Below, one piece after another: positions 9,897 to 18,534 of a stretch of DNA of 64,000 nt. The stretch spans positions 640,001 to 704,000 of the forward strand of contig CAWFXA010000003.1 in NCBI GenBank assembly GCA_963819655.1, in the 5' to 3' direction. Made by a program: the position numbers and the translations under genes. This DNA comes from an uncultured Chloroflexia bacterium (GTDB lineage: Bacteria; Chloroflexota; Limnocylindria; Limnocylindrales; CSP1-4). Numbering within the stretch: position 1 is the stretch's first letter; every line of letters begins with the position of its first letter. Below the pieces are notes generated by a model that saw only the letters and a program-made list of their open reading frames with translations, ran no database searches and was not told the origin of the DNA.

Positions 9897-10298
9897 TCAG
9901 TCGGCGGGTCGCTCCTGGAGCGCCCAGCCGTTGCCGTCCGGATCGTCGAAGAAGGCGAAGGAGTTCCAGCGCCCTCCCTTCCCGTCGACCCAGGTGCCGT
10001 TGTCGAAATGGCGGATGGGGCTGATCTCGAGACCTCGCCCGACGAGCTCGGCGTGCGCAGCCTCGATGTCGTCGACGACCAGCTGGAGGCCCTGGACCGA
10101 TCCCGGGGCCGTTTTGATCGCCCCCTTGCCGACCATGATCGAGCAGCCAGAGCCCGGCGGCGTGAGCTGGACGATCCGGAACTCGTCGCTCGGCTGGTGA
10201 TCGACGTCGATGTTGAAGCCGACCTTCTCACTGTAGAAGGCCTTCGCCCGGTCGACATCGGCGACCGGGATCGGCACGAGCTCCAGCTTGTAGTCCAT
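9897..10298 (-). CDS. VOC/glyoxalase family protein
   Basis: VPIPVADVDRAKAFY, QLTPPGSGCSI, FDDPDGNGWALQE. Confidence 0.9.
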   Translation of the reverse strand: MDYKLELVPIPVADVDRAKAFYSEKVGFNIDVDHQPSDEFRIVQLTPPGSGCSIMVGKGAIKTAPGSVQGLQLVVDDIEAAHAELVGRGLEISPIRHFDNGTWVDGKGGRWNSFAFFDDPDGNGWALQERPAD

Positions 10299-10299
10299 C

Positions 10300-10785
10300 T
10301 CAGGCGACCGGCTGCGCGAGCCTGGCCAAGAGGTCGTCGAGGCGATCGAAGCCGTCGTTCATCCCCTCCTCCATGCCGCTCTCGACCATCGCGTCGCGGG
10401 CCTCGACCGACTGGTAGACGGAATGGTTGCGCATGACCGTCTTGCCGTTCTTCTCCTCGAGGGAGAGCGACTCGAGGGCGACATGGCCCGGAGCCCCTTC
10501 GAACTCGAATGTCTGGACCATGCTGTCAGGGGTCTGGGTGCCGTGGAAGACGCCGTGGAAGCCCCACGCATTGCCTTCGTCGTCGCTGTGGACGTAGCGC
10601 CACTTGCCGCCGTCCTGCGTGTCCCATCGCTCGACGGTCATCTTGTACTTGCGTGGGCCGAGCCACTGGACGAGCAGCTCGGGATCGGTGTAGGCCTTGA
10701 ACACGAGGTCGCGCGGGGCGTCGAACTCTCGCGTGATGTCGATGAAGGGCGCACCGGCCGGGGTATCGATCTGGGTTGTGGACAT
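10300..10785 (-). CDS. SRPBCC/AHSA1 domain protein
   Basis: ITREFDAPRDLVFKAYTDPEL..WLGP; GMEEGMNDGFDRL. Confidence 0.9.
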   Translation of the reverse strand: MSTTQIDTPAGAPFIDITREFDAPRDLVFKAYTDPELLVQWLGPRKYKMTVERWDTQDGGKWRYVHSDDEGNAWGFHGVFHGTQTPDSMVQTFEFEGAPGHVALESLSLEEKNGKTVMRNHSVYQSVEARDAMVESGMEEGMNDGFDRLDDLLARLAQPVA

Positions 10786-11126
10786 CAGGGCTTCCTTTCG
10801 TTGGTGGTGACCTGGAGGGCTGCGAGCAGCGCGTCCAGGCGATCGTGGCTCTCCTCCCAGTACTCGCGATAGCTGACGAGCCACTCGGTCGCCTGCCGGA
10901 GGGGATCCGCCTCCAGATGGCTGAGCCGTGCCGTCGCCTTGCGGGTACGCGAGATGAGACCGGCCGACTCGAGCACCTTGAGGTGCCGCGAGATGGCCGG
11001 TTGGGAGACCTTGAATGGCGCCGTCAGCTCGAGGACGTTCGCGTCCCCTTCCGCGAGGCGGGCGAGGATCGCCCGTCGGGTCGGGTCCGCGAGAGCGCCG
11101 AAAACGGCATCGAGCTGGTCGTTCAT
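10785..11126 (-). CDS. ArsR/SmtB family transcriptional regulator
   Basis: VFGALADPTRRAIL, VSQPAISRHLKVLESAGLI. Confidence 0.9.
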   Translation of the reverse strand: MNDQLDAVFGALADPTRRAILARLAEGDANVLELTAPFKVSQPAISRHLKVLESAGLISRTRKATARLSHLEADPLRQATEWLVSYREYWEESHDRLDALLAALQVTTNERKP

Positions 11127-11165
11127 GACATTCATAACAATATGGTTATGAACGTCGTTTGTCAA
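11127..11165 (-). promoter_or_regulatory. Sigma70 promoter TTGACA-N17-TATTGT overlapped by a palindromic ArsR operator
   Basis: GACATTCATAAC-N6-GTTATGAACGTC inverted repeat at 11127-11156 (1 mismatch); -35 at 11160-11165, -10 at 11137-11142. Confidence 0.75.
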
Positions 11166-11201
11166 CCCCTCTGTGAGGGATCGTGCGCCCGATCGGTCGG
11201 A

Positions 11202-11627
11202 TCAGGCCGCCCTAGTCGGCGTCAGGCGCACGACGGGGATCACGCGCCCCGTCTGGGCCGGGTAGTCAGCGAACCAGGGCAGGGCCTTGACGTGATCGTC
11301 CCAGAGGAGGTCACGCTCTTCCCGCCCCACGATCGTCGCCGTCACGTCGAGGCGCTGATCGTCCGCCTCGATGGTCACATGGGGATCAACCTCCAGGTTG
11401 TGCACCCAACTTGGGTCGGTCCTGGCGCCTCCCGCGGTTCCAGCGACGATGTAGTCGGCCCCGTCGCGGTGGTAGGTGAGGATCGCGCGACGCGGCTCCC
11501 CGGTCTTCGATCCTTTGCTGGTCATGATCAGGAGCGGATGGCCGGCGAGCGGGCCGCTCACGACCTTCCCGCTGTTCGACCGCATCTCGGCGATGAGCTG
11601 ATCCTCGAAGGGGTTGTCGTCCGGCAT
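11202..11627 (-). CDS. Deazaflavin-dependent nitroreductase family (Ddn/FDOR-A-like)
   Basis: LLIMTSKGSKTGEPR, AGGARTDPSWVHNL, RVIPVVRL. Confidence 0.85.
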   Translation of the reverse strand: MPDDNPFEDQLIAEMRSNSGKVVSGPLAGHPLLIMTSKGSKTGEPRRAILTYHRDGADYIVAGTAGGARTDPSWVHNLEVDPHVTIEADDQRLDVTATIVGREERDLLWDDHVKALPWFADYPAQTGRVIPVVRLTPTRAA

Positions 11628-11703
11628 GGTGCGTCCTCCGCTGGCTATCTCGTTGCAGACGCAACGATGCCACGGATGGGCCGAGCTTGCCTCCGCCGCG
11701 ACC

Positions 11704-12084
11704 TCAGCGCTTCTTCGCGGCGGCGTCCGTCTCGGCCATGCGCGTCTGGACGACGGTCGCGACCAACGCCTTCGGCAAGGGCCTGTCGGGTTGGAAGCGG
11801 ATGGCGCCCTTCGTCGTGTCGTAGCCCGCGAGCAGGGACTTGTGGGCCTCCATGGCGGCCGGGCTCATGACGTAGAACGCGACATGGGACTTCGCGGCTC
11901 CGAAGGAGACCAGGGGTCGGCCGCGGTACCTGAACGCCGGGAGCGAGTAGCTGATCGCCTCGACAGCCTCCGGTGCTGCGGCGGCGATGGTCTCCCGCAG
12001 GGACTGGAGGGCGAGTCGCTGGTCGTCGGGCAGGCCGGCGAGGATCGCGTCGATCTGCGCGGATGCCAATTCGTCATTCGCCAA
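11704..12084 (-). CDS. DUF1801/YdhG-like protein
   Basis: LQSLRETIAAAAPEAVEAISYSLPAF, KGAIRF. Confidence 0.8.
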   Translation of the reverse strand: MANDELASAQIDAILAGLPDDQRLALQSLRETIAAAAPEAVEAISYSLPAFRYRGRPLVSFGAAKSHVAFYVMSPAAMEAHKSLLAGYDTTKGAIRFQPDRPLPKALVATVVQTRMAETDAAAKKR

Positions 12085-12174
12085 CGTCTACGACCTACGC
12101 GAACAGCTGCGGATCCGCGGCAGGGCGCCGTGCGCGAGCACAATCGGACATCGGCGACGTGATCGTCGTCACGG

Positions 12175-12621
12175 TCAGACCCGGCCTTCGTGGAGCTGGC
12201 TCACGAACTTGTCGATGCGCCGGGTTCGCGTCTCGTCGGTCTTGGCGTCATCGATGGCGAGCGTGAGCCGACGCTTGTTGCTGTAGGACAGGCCATCGAA
12301 CGTCGCGCGCGCCTTCGGATCGGCGTCGAGCGCGGCGGAGAAGTCGGCCGGAACATCGACCTCCCGAGGTGCCGTATCGAGCTCGAGCTCGACCTCGATC
12401 TCGTCGCCGGCCTTGAGACCTGTGGCCGCCCGATGCTCGGCCGCGACCCCGACCATGTAGGTGTCGCCATAGACCGCTACCGTGTTGCGGTAGGTGTAAC
12501 CGTTGACGGTGACGAGAACCGGGGGACGCTTGCCCTTGCCGAGAGCCTCGACGACGTCCTCGGGGATCCGGAACCCTGTCGCGGTCTTGCCACCGAGCTC
12601 GAGGGTGGTCTTGAATCGCAT
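12175..12621 (-). CDS. DUF1905 plus YdeI/OmpD-associated domain protein
   Basis: VTVNGYTYR; VPADFSAAL..FDGLSYS; AKTDETRTRRI. Confidence 0.8.
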   Translation of the reverse strand: MRFKTTLELGGKTATGFRIPEDVVEALGKGKRPPVLVTVNGYTYRNTVAVYGDTYMVGVAAEHRAATGLKAGDEIEVELELDTAPREVDVPADFSAALDADPKARATFDGLSYSNKRRLTLAIDDAKTDETRTRRIDKFVSQLHEGRV

Positions 12622-12659
12622 CGGATGATCAGTATGGCATCGACAGACAGACCAACCCG

Positions 12660-13046
12660 ATGACACGGCCGCGGACGGCTTGGCTTCGACCGTTCACGAA
12701 CCGGATCGTCAACCCGATCAGTCGCCGCGTGGCAGGCCACCTTCCGTGGTTCGGCATCATCGTCGTGCCGGGACGGACTTCCGGCCTGACGAGGCGCGTG
12801 CCGATGAACGTCTTCCGCGACGGCGAGGATTACGTGTTCGCTCTCACGTATGGCACGGATGTGGACTGGGTGAAGAACGTGCTCGCCGCGGACGGCTGCC
12901 AGCTCGAGACCCGCGGCCGGATCGTCGCGTTGCGCGACCCGGTCGTCATCCACGATCCGAGCCGGCGGCTCATGCCGTGGCTTGTTCGGACGTTCCTCGG
13001 CGTGATGCGGGTGACCGACTTCGTGCGGATGCGACCGGCCGCATAG
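12660..13046 (+). CDS. Deazaflavin-dependent nitroreductase family protein
   Basis: GRTSG..RRVPMNVF, ALTYG..DWVKNVLA. Confidence 0.8.
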   Translation: MTRPRTAWLRPFTNRIVNPISRRVAGHLPWFGIIVVPGRTSGLTRRVPMNVFRDGEDYVFALTYGTDVDWVKNVLAADGCQLETRGRIVALRDPVVIHDPSRRLMPWLVRTFLGVMRVTDFVRMRPAA

Positions 13047-13079
13047 GCGCGCGCCGCGCGATATCCGAGGCCGGTCGCG

Positions 13080-14117
13080 TCAGGCGTGGAAGGCCTCGAG
13101 GGCCTCTCGTTCGCGTTCCACGGCGCGCTCGTCACGGGCCGTCAGGTCCTTGAACGGATCGAGGACGATCCGCCCGTCCTTGAGCGACCACCCCCCGGCG
13201 ACGACGCCGTCGACGAGGTACGTCCCCACCGAGAACGGGTTCTTCGTCGAGAAGACGCGCGGTCGGTACGGCTCTGGCAGCAGCCCGGTCCGTCGCGCAT
13301 GGACCAGCAGGTTCGCATCCCAGTGCGGCAGGAACCGCACGGGCGCTGGCGAGTCGGGATCCGGCAGCTGGCCGTCGGGCAGATCCACCAACTCGCCGCC
13401 GTCCTCGTCGCGGAAGGACCGCAGATCCAGGCTGCGCGCGGCCTCCTTGGCGGTCGTGATCGAGATCCCGGCCCATGATGCGATGTCTCGCCACGCCCCT
13501 GGTCCGAATGCCCGCAGGTACGCTCGAACGAGGTGCGCCAGGCCATCGGCTTCCGTCGCCGTGGTCGGACCGATCCAGTCCTCCGCGAGGCCCAGGCGGT
13601 CGGCTCGGCGACGCTCCCACGTGCCGGCCGGTGGCACACGCACAAGATCCACCCACAGGCCCAGGGTCCCGACGAAGCCAGTGGCGAGATCGCCCAGCTC
13701 CTTGACGGATCGCGGACCGTCCGCCAGTGCGGCATGGATGCGGTCCGCCGCCGCCTGCATGTCCTCCTCCCCTGCCCCGGTCAGCCGTCCCACGGTCTTC
13801 CGCCATTGCTCGCGCCGAGCCTCGCGAACACCGAGCGCATAGAGCCAGTACTCATGCCGTGAGACGACGTGGATCGTCACCCGCATCAGCGTGGCCTGGA
13901 TCACCGCTCGATCCTCCAACGCACGCGTGAGCGCGGGACGTTCGAAGCCGTCAAGCCTCGTCCACAGGCCGACATACCCGGACGGCGCGTACTGCGTCTG
14001 CAGGCCGCCGACCTGGTCCACGGCGTCCGGGATCGACAGTGTCGAACGTTCAAGCAACAGCTGTCGCGCCAGGAGCGCGCGGTTCAGGGCGCGCTGCGTC
14101 AGGATCTTGTCAGCCAC
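13080..14117 (-). CDS. AlkZ/YcaQ (HTH_42) family DNA glycosylase
   Basis: LNRALLARQLL, GGLQTQY (QxQ), LMRVTIH, YLRAFGP, RFLPHWD. Confidence 0.85.
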   Translation of the reverse strand: MADKILTQRALNRALLARQLLLERSTLSIPDAVDQVGGLQTQYAPSGYVGLWTRLDGFERPALTRALEDRAVIQATLMRVTIHVVSRHEYWLYALGVREARREQWRKTVGRLTGAGEEDMQAAADRIHAALADGPRSVKELGDLATGFVGTLGLWVDLVRVPPAGTWERRRADRLGLAEDWIGPTTATEADGLAHLVRAYLRAFGPGAWRDIASWAGISITTAKEAARSLDLRSFRDEDGGELVDLPDGQLPDPDSPAPVRFLPHWDANLLVHARRTGLLPEPYRPRVFSTKNPFSVGTYLVDGVVAGGWSLKDGRIVLDPFKDLTARDERAVEREREALEAFHA

Positions 14118-14166
14118 CGGGCGATGATGGCATCTCGAGCGATCGGGGCGGTCGTATGCTGCGTGG

Positions 14167-15798
14167 ATGGCGACCGACGTCCGGGCCAGGACCGGGCTCG
14201 CGGGCATCTCGTGGTCGATCGCCGTCGCGATCGTCCTCCCGCTGGCCGGACTTGGGCTGCTCCTCGCTCGCCCAGAGCTCGACCACGAGTGGGAGCACCA
14301 TCCGAGTCATTTCTGGCTCGTCCTGATCACGGCCGGCGTCAGCGTCGTCCTGGCGTATGTGACCAACGTCGCGGCCGGTCGCTACCGCGACGCGCGCCTG
14401 GTGCTGATCTCGCTCGCGTTCCTGTCCGCCGCCGGGTTCCTCGGCCTGCACGCGCTCGCGACACCCGGCGTCCTGCTCGAGCAGCCGAATGCCGGGTTCG
14501 TCATCGCCACCCCGGTCGGGCTGATCCTCGCATCGATATTCGCCGCCGCGTCGACCAGCGCGATCGCCGGGCCTCGCGCACGCGAGGTGCTCCGCATCCG
14601 ACCGGTGCTGCTCGGCGGTCTCATCGTCTTCATGGTGGTCTGGGGGGTCTTCTCCCTCGCCCGGCTGCCACCCCTGGATGGGCCGCCTCCTGTCAAGGAG
14701 GGAGTCGGCCCGCTGACGGTCCTCGGGGGCGTCGCGGTCGCCCTGTATGCCTTCGCTGCATGGCGCACGATCCGCATGTATCTCGATCGGGGCGGCGCGC
14801 TCCTGCTGTCCGTGGCGATCGCGCTCATCCTGCTTGCCGAGGCGATGATCGCCGTCGTCCTGAGCCGGAACTGGCGCTTGAGCTGGTGGGAATGGCACAT
14901 CCTGATGCTCGCCGCGTTCGCGCTGATCGCGCTCGGAGCCCGTGCCGAGTACCGCCGGAGCGGCTCCCTCACGGGCGCGTTCGGCGGGCTCTATCTCGAG
15001 CAGACGCTCGCCCAGATCGACCGATGGAATGCGGGAGCGATCGCGGCTGTCGCCGCGGCCGATGCGAAGGGCGGCTCCATCGACCGAGTGCTGTCCCAAC
15101 TCCGCACGGAAGGCGCCTCCAGCGACGAGGTCGCGCTCCTGGCCGGCGCCGCGCACGAGCTGCGCCGGCTCGACGCGTCCTTCCAGCCGTATCTGCCCTC
15201 GGTCGTCGCGGAGCGGATCCGGCGCGAGGGCACGGGTGCCGCCATCCCCGGAGAAGAGCGTGTCGTCAGCGTGGTCTTCGCAGACCTCGCCGGTTTCACG
15301 ACCTTCAGCGAGAGACGCCCACCGACCGAGGTCCTCGCCATGCTCAACGCGTTCTGGGGAGTGGTCGTCCCGGGGATCGACCGCGCCGGCGGCGTCATCG
15401 AGCATTTCGCCGGCGACGGGGTGATGGCCATCTTCAACGCGGGCGGCGATCAGCCCGACCACGCGCGGCGTGCCGCGCAGGCGGCAACGGCCATCGTGGA
15501 CGCCGCGCGACCACTGGCCGCCGACCATCCGGGCTGGCCGATCTTCCGGGTCGGCGTCAACACAGGGCCAGCCGTCGTCGGGGATGTCGGTGCCGCGGAA
15601 CGCCGGAGCTTCGCGGTCATCGGCGACACGATCAACACGGCTGCGCGGCTCATGACCGCGGCGGAGCCGGGGCAGATCGTCGTCGGCCGCGCCACATGGG
15701 AAGCGCTCGGCCCGGATCGCGTCGGCGCCGAGCTCGGAGCCGTGCGCGTCAAGGGCAAGCGCGAAGCTGTCGAGGCGTGGCGACTCGGGCCGTCGTGA
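14167..15798 (+). CDS. Membrane-bound class III nucleotidyl cyclase
   Basis: About 8 N-terminal hydrophobic helices; FADLAGFT, HFAGDGVM, RVGVNTG, GDTINTAARL, VKGK. Confidence 0.9.
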   Translation: MATDVRARTGLAGISWSIAVAIVLPLAGLGLLLARPELDHEWEHHPSHFWLVLITAGVSVVLAYVTNVAAGRYRDARLVLISLAFLSAAGFLGLHALATPGVLLEQPNAGFVIATPVGLILASIFAAASTSAIAGPRAREVLRIRPVLLGGLIVFMVVWGVFSLARLPPLDGPPPVKEGVGPLTVLGGVAVALYAFAAWRTIRMYLDRGGALLLSVAIALILLAEAMIAVVLSRNWRLSWWEWHILMLAAFALIALGARAEYRRSGSLTGAFGGLYLEQTLAQIDRWNAGAIAAVAAADAKGGSIDRVLSQLRTEGASSDEVALLAGAAHELRRLDASFQPYLPSVVAERIRREGTGAAIPGEERVVSVVFADLAGFTTFSERRPPTEVLAMLNAFWGVVVPGIDRAGGVIEHFAGDGVMAIFNAGGDQPDHARRAAQAATAIVDAARPLAADHPGWPIFRVGVNTGPAVVGDVGAAERRSFAVIGDTINTAARLMTAAEPGQIVVGRATWEALGPDRVGAELGAVRVKGKREAVEAWRLGPS

Positions 15799-16915
15799 CC
15801 ACGCGATCCTGGAACGTCGTCTCCGTGCGGTGCGACGCGCCGTCCTCGATGGAGGCGTACGCCTTCACGATCACGTCGAGGACATGGCGGGCGTGCTCGG
15901 CCGTCAGGACCGGGTCGGCCCTCCCGCGCAGGCAGTCGACGAAATGGCGGACGCCGGTCTCGACGACTTCGTGATCGTCCGTCGGGACCTCGACGTCGTC
16001 TCGCCAGCCCTCCAGCGCCGACGGCGAGTCGTCGTCGACGTAGATGCTGACAGGCGCGTGGCGGTCGTGCGACTGGCCGCCGAAGCTGATCGTCGCCTTG
16101 GTGAGGTGCACTTCGAGCCACGGAGCCCGGGTGCTCGCCGTCCCGAAGCTCGCAAGGAGCTGCCCGAGCGCGCCGTTCGCGAACTCCAGGTTGATCAGAA
16201 CGTGGTCCGGGGTCGTGACCGCGATCTCCTCGCCGGTCAACGGCCCGCCGCGGACGATCCGCGTCGGCGCGCCGACGCCGCCCATCGCCTGCACACGGGC
16301 GACGGGACCGAGCAGAGCCGTCATCGCGTGGAGTCGATAGACCCCGTGGTCGATGACCGGGCCGACACCAGGCCCGTAGAAGGGCCGCGGGTCGCCGGTG
16401 TACTCGCGCCAGGCCGCCGGCCCCGGATCGGCGTGGTGAGCGACGACCAGGGTCGCGGGCCCGTATCGCCGCGAGTCGACGAGGTCCCTCAGCCACTGGA
16501 CACGCCGCGTCGCCGCGACGCCCGGGGCGCACAGGAACGTGAGGCCGCGGTCGGTGGCCGTCGCGATGAGCCGGTCTGCCTCCGCGACGGTACTGGCGAT
16601 CGGCTTCTCCGAGTAGAGGTTCAGCCCCGCGTCCAGGATCGCCTGGTTGACCGTCGCATGCCGGGGTGCCGGCGCGAGGTCGATCACCGCATCAAGCCCG
16701 CCCGCCCCGAGCATCGCATCGAGATCATCGAACGCGGCGGCGCCCGGCGACCATCCGGCGATCGCCTGCGCCCTGCCACGTGCCGCGTCGAGCCGGACGT
16801 CCATGAGCGCGGCGACCCGGACGTCGCCGGCCATGTCGGCGAGCGCCGGCAGGTAATGGCGTGCGGCGACATCGCCGCAGCCGACGATGCCGATCCTCAA
16901 CCGGTCTGTAGCCAC
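15749..16915 (-). CDS. Gfo/Idh/MocA family oxidoreductase
   Basis: IGIVGCGDVA, SEKP, DHGVY. Confidence 0.88.
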   Translation of the reverse strand: MATDRLRIGIVGCGDVAARHYLPALADMAGDVRVAALMDVRLDAARGRAQAIAGWSPGAAAFDDLDAMLGAGGLDAVIDLAPAPRHATVNQAILDAGLNLYSEKPIASTVAEADRLIATATDRGLTFLCAPGVAATRRVQWLRDLVDSRRYGPATLVVAHHADPGPAAWREYTGDPRPFYGPGVGPVIDHGVYRLHAMTALLGPVARVQAMGGVGAPTRIVRGGPLTGEEIAVTTPDHVLINLEFANGALGQLLASFGTASTRAPWLEVHLTKATISFGGQSHDRHAPVSIYVDDDSPSALEGWRDDVEVPTDDHEVVETGVRHFVDCLRGRADPVLTAEHARHVLDVIVKAYASIEDGASHRTETTFQDRVVTTARVATPRQLRACP

Positions 16916-16954
16916 CCGCCGATAGTAGTCAGCGACGGGTGGCGCCGCTGAGCG

Positions 16955-18286
16955 CTAGGCCGCGTACACGTCCCGCGGCGTCACCACGTCGGGTACGCCC
17001 ACTTCGATCGGGTTGTTGGCGGGATCCTGGCTCCACTCGAACCAGCCGCCGTCGTACACCGCGATGCGTGGCCAGTCCTGGAGAAAGGCGTAGAACCACG
17101 TCTCGCTGGCCCGCCAGCCGGTGCCGCAATAGAACGCGACCCACTTGTCCGGCACGATCCCCGCTTCGGCCCAGTTGGCCGTGATCTCGGGATAGGCGCG
17201 CATCGTGTTGTCGACGTTCCGGTAGTGCTGCATGTGGTAGGCGTCCGTGCCGCAGTTGCCCCACACGTCACCCTTGATCCGGCCGGCCGGGCCGATGTAG
17301 TTGTAGCCACTGACGTTGCCGATGTGCTCGCGCCATGTGCGGACGCTGACCAGAGCCGCGCCGTCGGTGTCGGCGATGATCTCCTTGGCCTCGTCGATGT
17401 CGACGATGACCTCCGGACGGACCGGGATGACCGCGCCGAAGTCGGTGACCGGCGACGGCTCGCGCAGGACCGTCTCGACCGGGTTGCCGGCGCGGACCCA
17501 CCAGTCGTACCCGCCGTCGAGCAGTCGGACGTCCTCGACGCCTGCGTAGGTCAGGATCATCAGCGCCCGGGTGGCAGCGATCTGGCCCGCCCGACGACCG
17601 GGCCATTTCTCGTTGGCCTGCCCCTCCGTGTCACGCCCGTACACGACGACGGTCGTGTCCTTGGTGATGCCGAGCCCGCGGATCGCCGCATCGAGGACGT
17701 CGGGAGACCGCCGGTTCCAGTCGGCGGGGTCTTCGAGCACATTCGTGTCCAGGTACAGGGCACCGGGGATGTGCGCCTCGGCGTACTCCTCGGGAACCCC
17801 GAAGTTGACGTGGAACAACAGGAAGTCGCCCCTCGGCGCGGCCTCCGGGCGCTCGCCGGCGAGGACCTGGCGCAGCCAGTCGATGTGCACGAGCCGGTCG
17901 TACTTCGGGAGCCGCTCGACCGGCAACTCCGGGTCGGCCGCCCAGGCCGCGAACCCGTCGGCGTAGATCCGAGCCGCCGGGATGCCGAGCGACTCGAGCC
18001 TGGTGACAAGGGCCGAGGCGTCGTCGGGCCCGTTGCCGTAGACCACCACATCGCGGTCGGCGGTCACACCCTTGCCGGCAAGCAGGCGGGCGATCTCAGG
18101 CTCGTCGACCGTTCGGAGCCAGTCGATCGGGAACCCGACTGCTCCCGGGATGTGGCCGCCGCGAAGTTCGCCGTTCAGGCGCCACCCGTTATAGGCGGTC
18201 AGCGATCGGACGTCGACGACCGTCACGGACGGATCGGCGAGTCGATCGCGGAGTTCGGCGGTGCTGATCGTGGCGGTTGTCGTCAT
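16955..18286 (-). CDS. Three-domain rhodanese/sulfurtransferase (YnjE-like)
   Basis: Two HIPGA motifs, active-site loop FYCGTGWRAS, YDGGWFEW; SD-like GAGGGG upstream. Confidence 0.9.
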   Translation of the reverse strand: MTTTATISTAELRDRLADPSVTVVDVRSLTAYNGWRLNGELRGGHIPGAVGFPIDWLRTVDEPEIARLLAGKGVTADRDVVVYGNGPDDASALVTRLESLGIPAARIYADGFAAWAADPELPVERLPKYDRLVHIDWLRQVLAGERPEAAPRGDFLLFHVNFGVPEEYAEAHIPGALYLDTNVLEDPADWNRRSPDVLDAAIRGLGITKDTTVVVYGRDTEGQANEKWPGRRAGQIAATRALMILTYAGVEDVRLLDGGYDWWVRAGNPVETVLREPSPVTDFGAVIPVRPEVIVDIDEAKEIIADTDGAALVSVRTWREHIGNVSGYNYIGPAGRIKGDVWGNCGTDAYHMQHYRNVDNTMRAYPEITANWAEAGIVPDKWVAFYCGTGWRASETWFYAFLQDWPRIAVYDGGWFEWSQDPANNPIEVGVPDVVTPRDVYAA

Positions 18287-18315
18287 CGGGATCGTCCCCT
18301 CGTGGTGGGTCGGGA

Positions 18316-18344
18316 TAACAAGAAACCCCTGCGCCTGCAGGGGT
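18316..18344 (-). terminator. Intrinsic terminator (attenuator) in the sulfurtransferase leader
   Basis: Minus strand ACCCCTGC-AGGC-GCAGGGGT followed by TTCTTGTT. Confidence 0.8.
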
Positions 18345-18386
18345 CCGGGGTGAGGGCCGGCGTGCGGGTCTACGTCGAACGCACGC

Positions 18387-18452
18387 CTAGCGACACCACC
18401 TGCCCTGCTCGGCAGCGGCATGACACATGCAGTGGTGGTGCGTGCGGGTCAT
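18387..18452 (-). CDS. Putative Cys/His-rich leader peptide MTRTHHHCMCHAAAEQGRWCR
   Basis: ATG at 18452 to TAG at 18387; lies between a promoter and a terminator ahead of the sulfurtransferase. Confidence 0.7.
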   Translation of the reverse strand: MTRTHHHCMCHAAAEQGRWCR

Positions 18453-18460
18453 CGCGGCGC

Positions 18461-18489
18461 ATTGTCCACTAATCGACTAGGGATTGCAA
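18461..18489 (-). promoter_or_regulatory. Sigma70-like promoter TTGCAA-N17-GACAAT
   Basis: Exact 17-nt spacer; ends 8 nt before the leader ATG. Confidence 0.65.
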
Positions 18490-18534
18490 GGCCTGGCAAC
18501 GAACGCAGCCACGGGCTGGGAACGAGGCCTGGCC

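Noticed and set aside
15749-15798. 50-bp convergent overlap of the cyclase and oxidoreductase genes
   Set aside because: Most likely a neutral stop-codon extension
18290-18460. Moco or SAM riboswitch upstream of the sulfurtransferase
   Set aside because: Consensus motifs not recognised; a leader peptide plus terminator explains the region better, though an Rfam scan is still advisable
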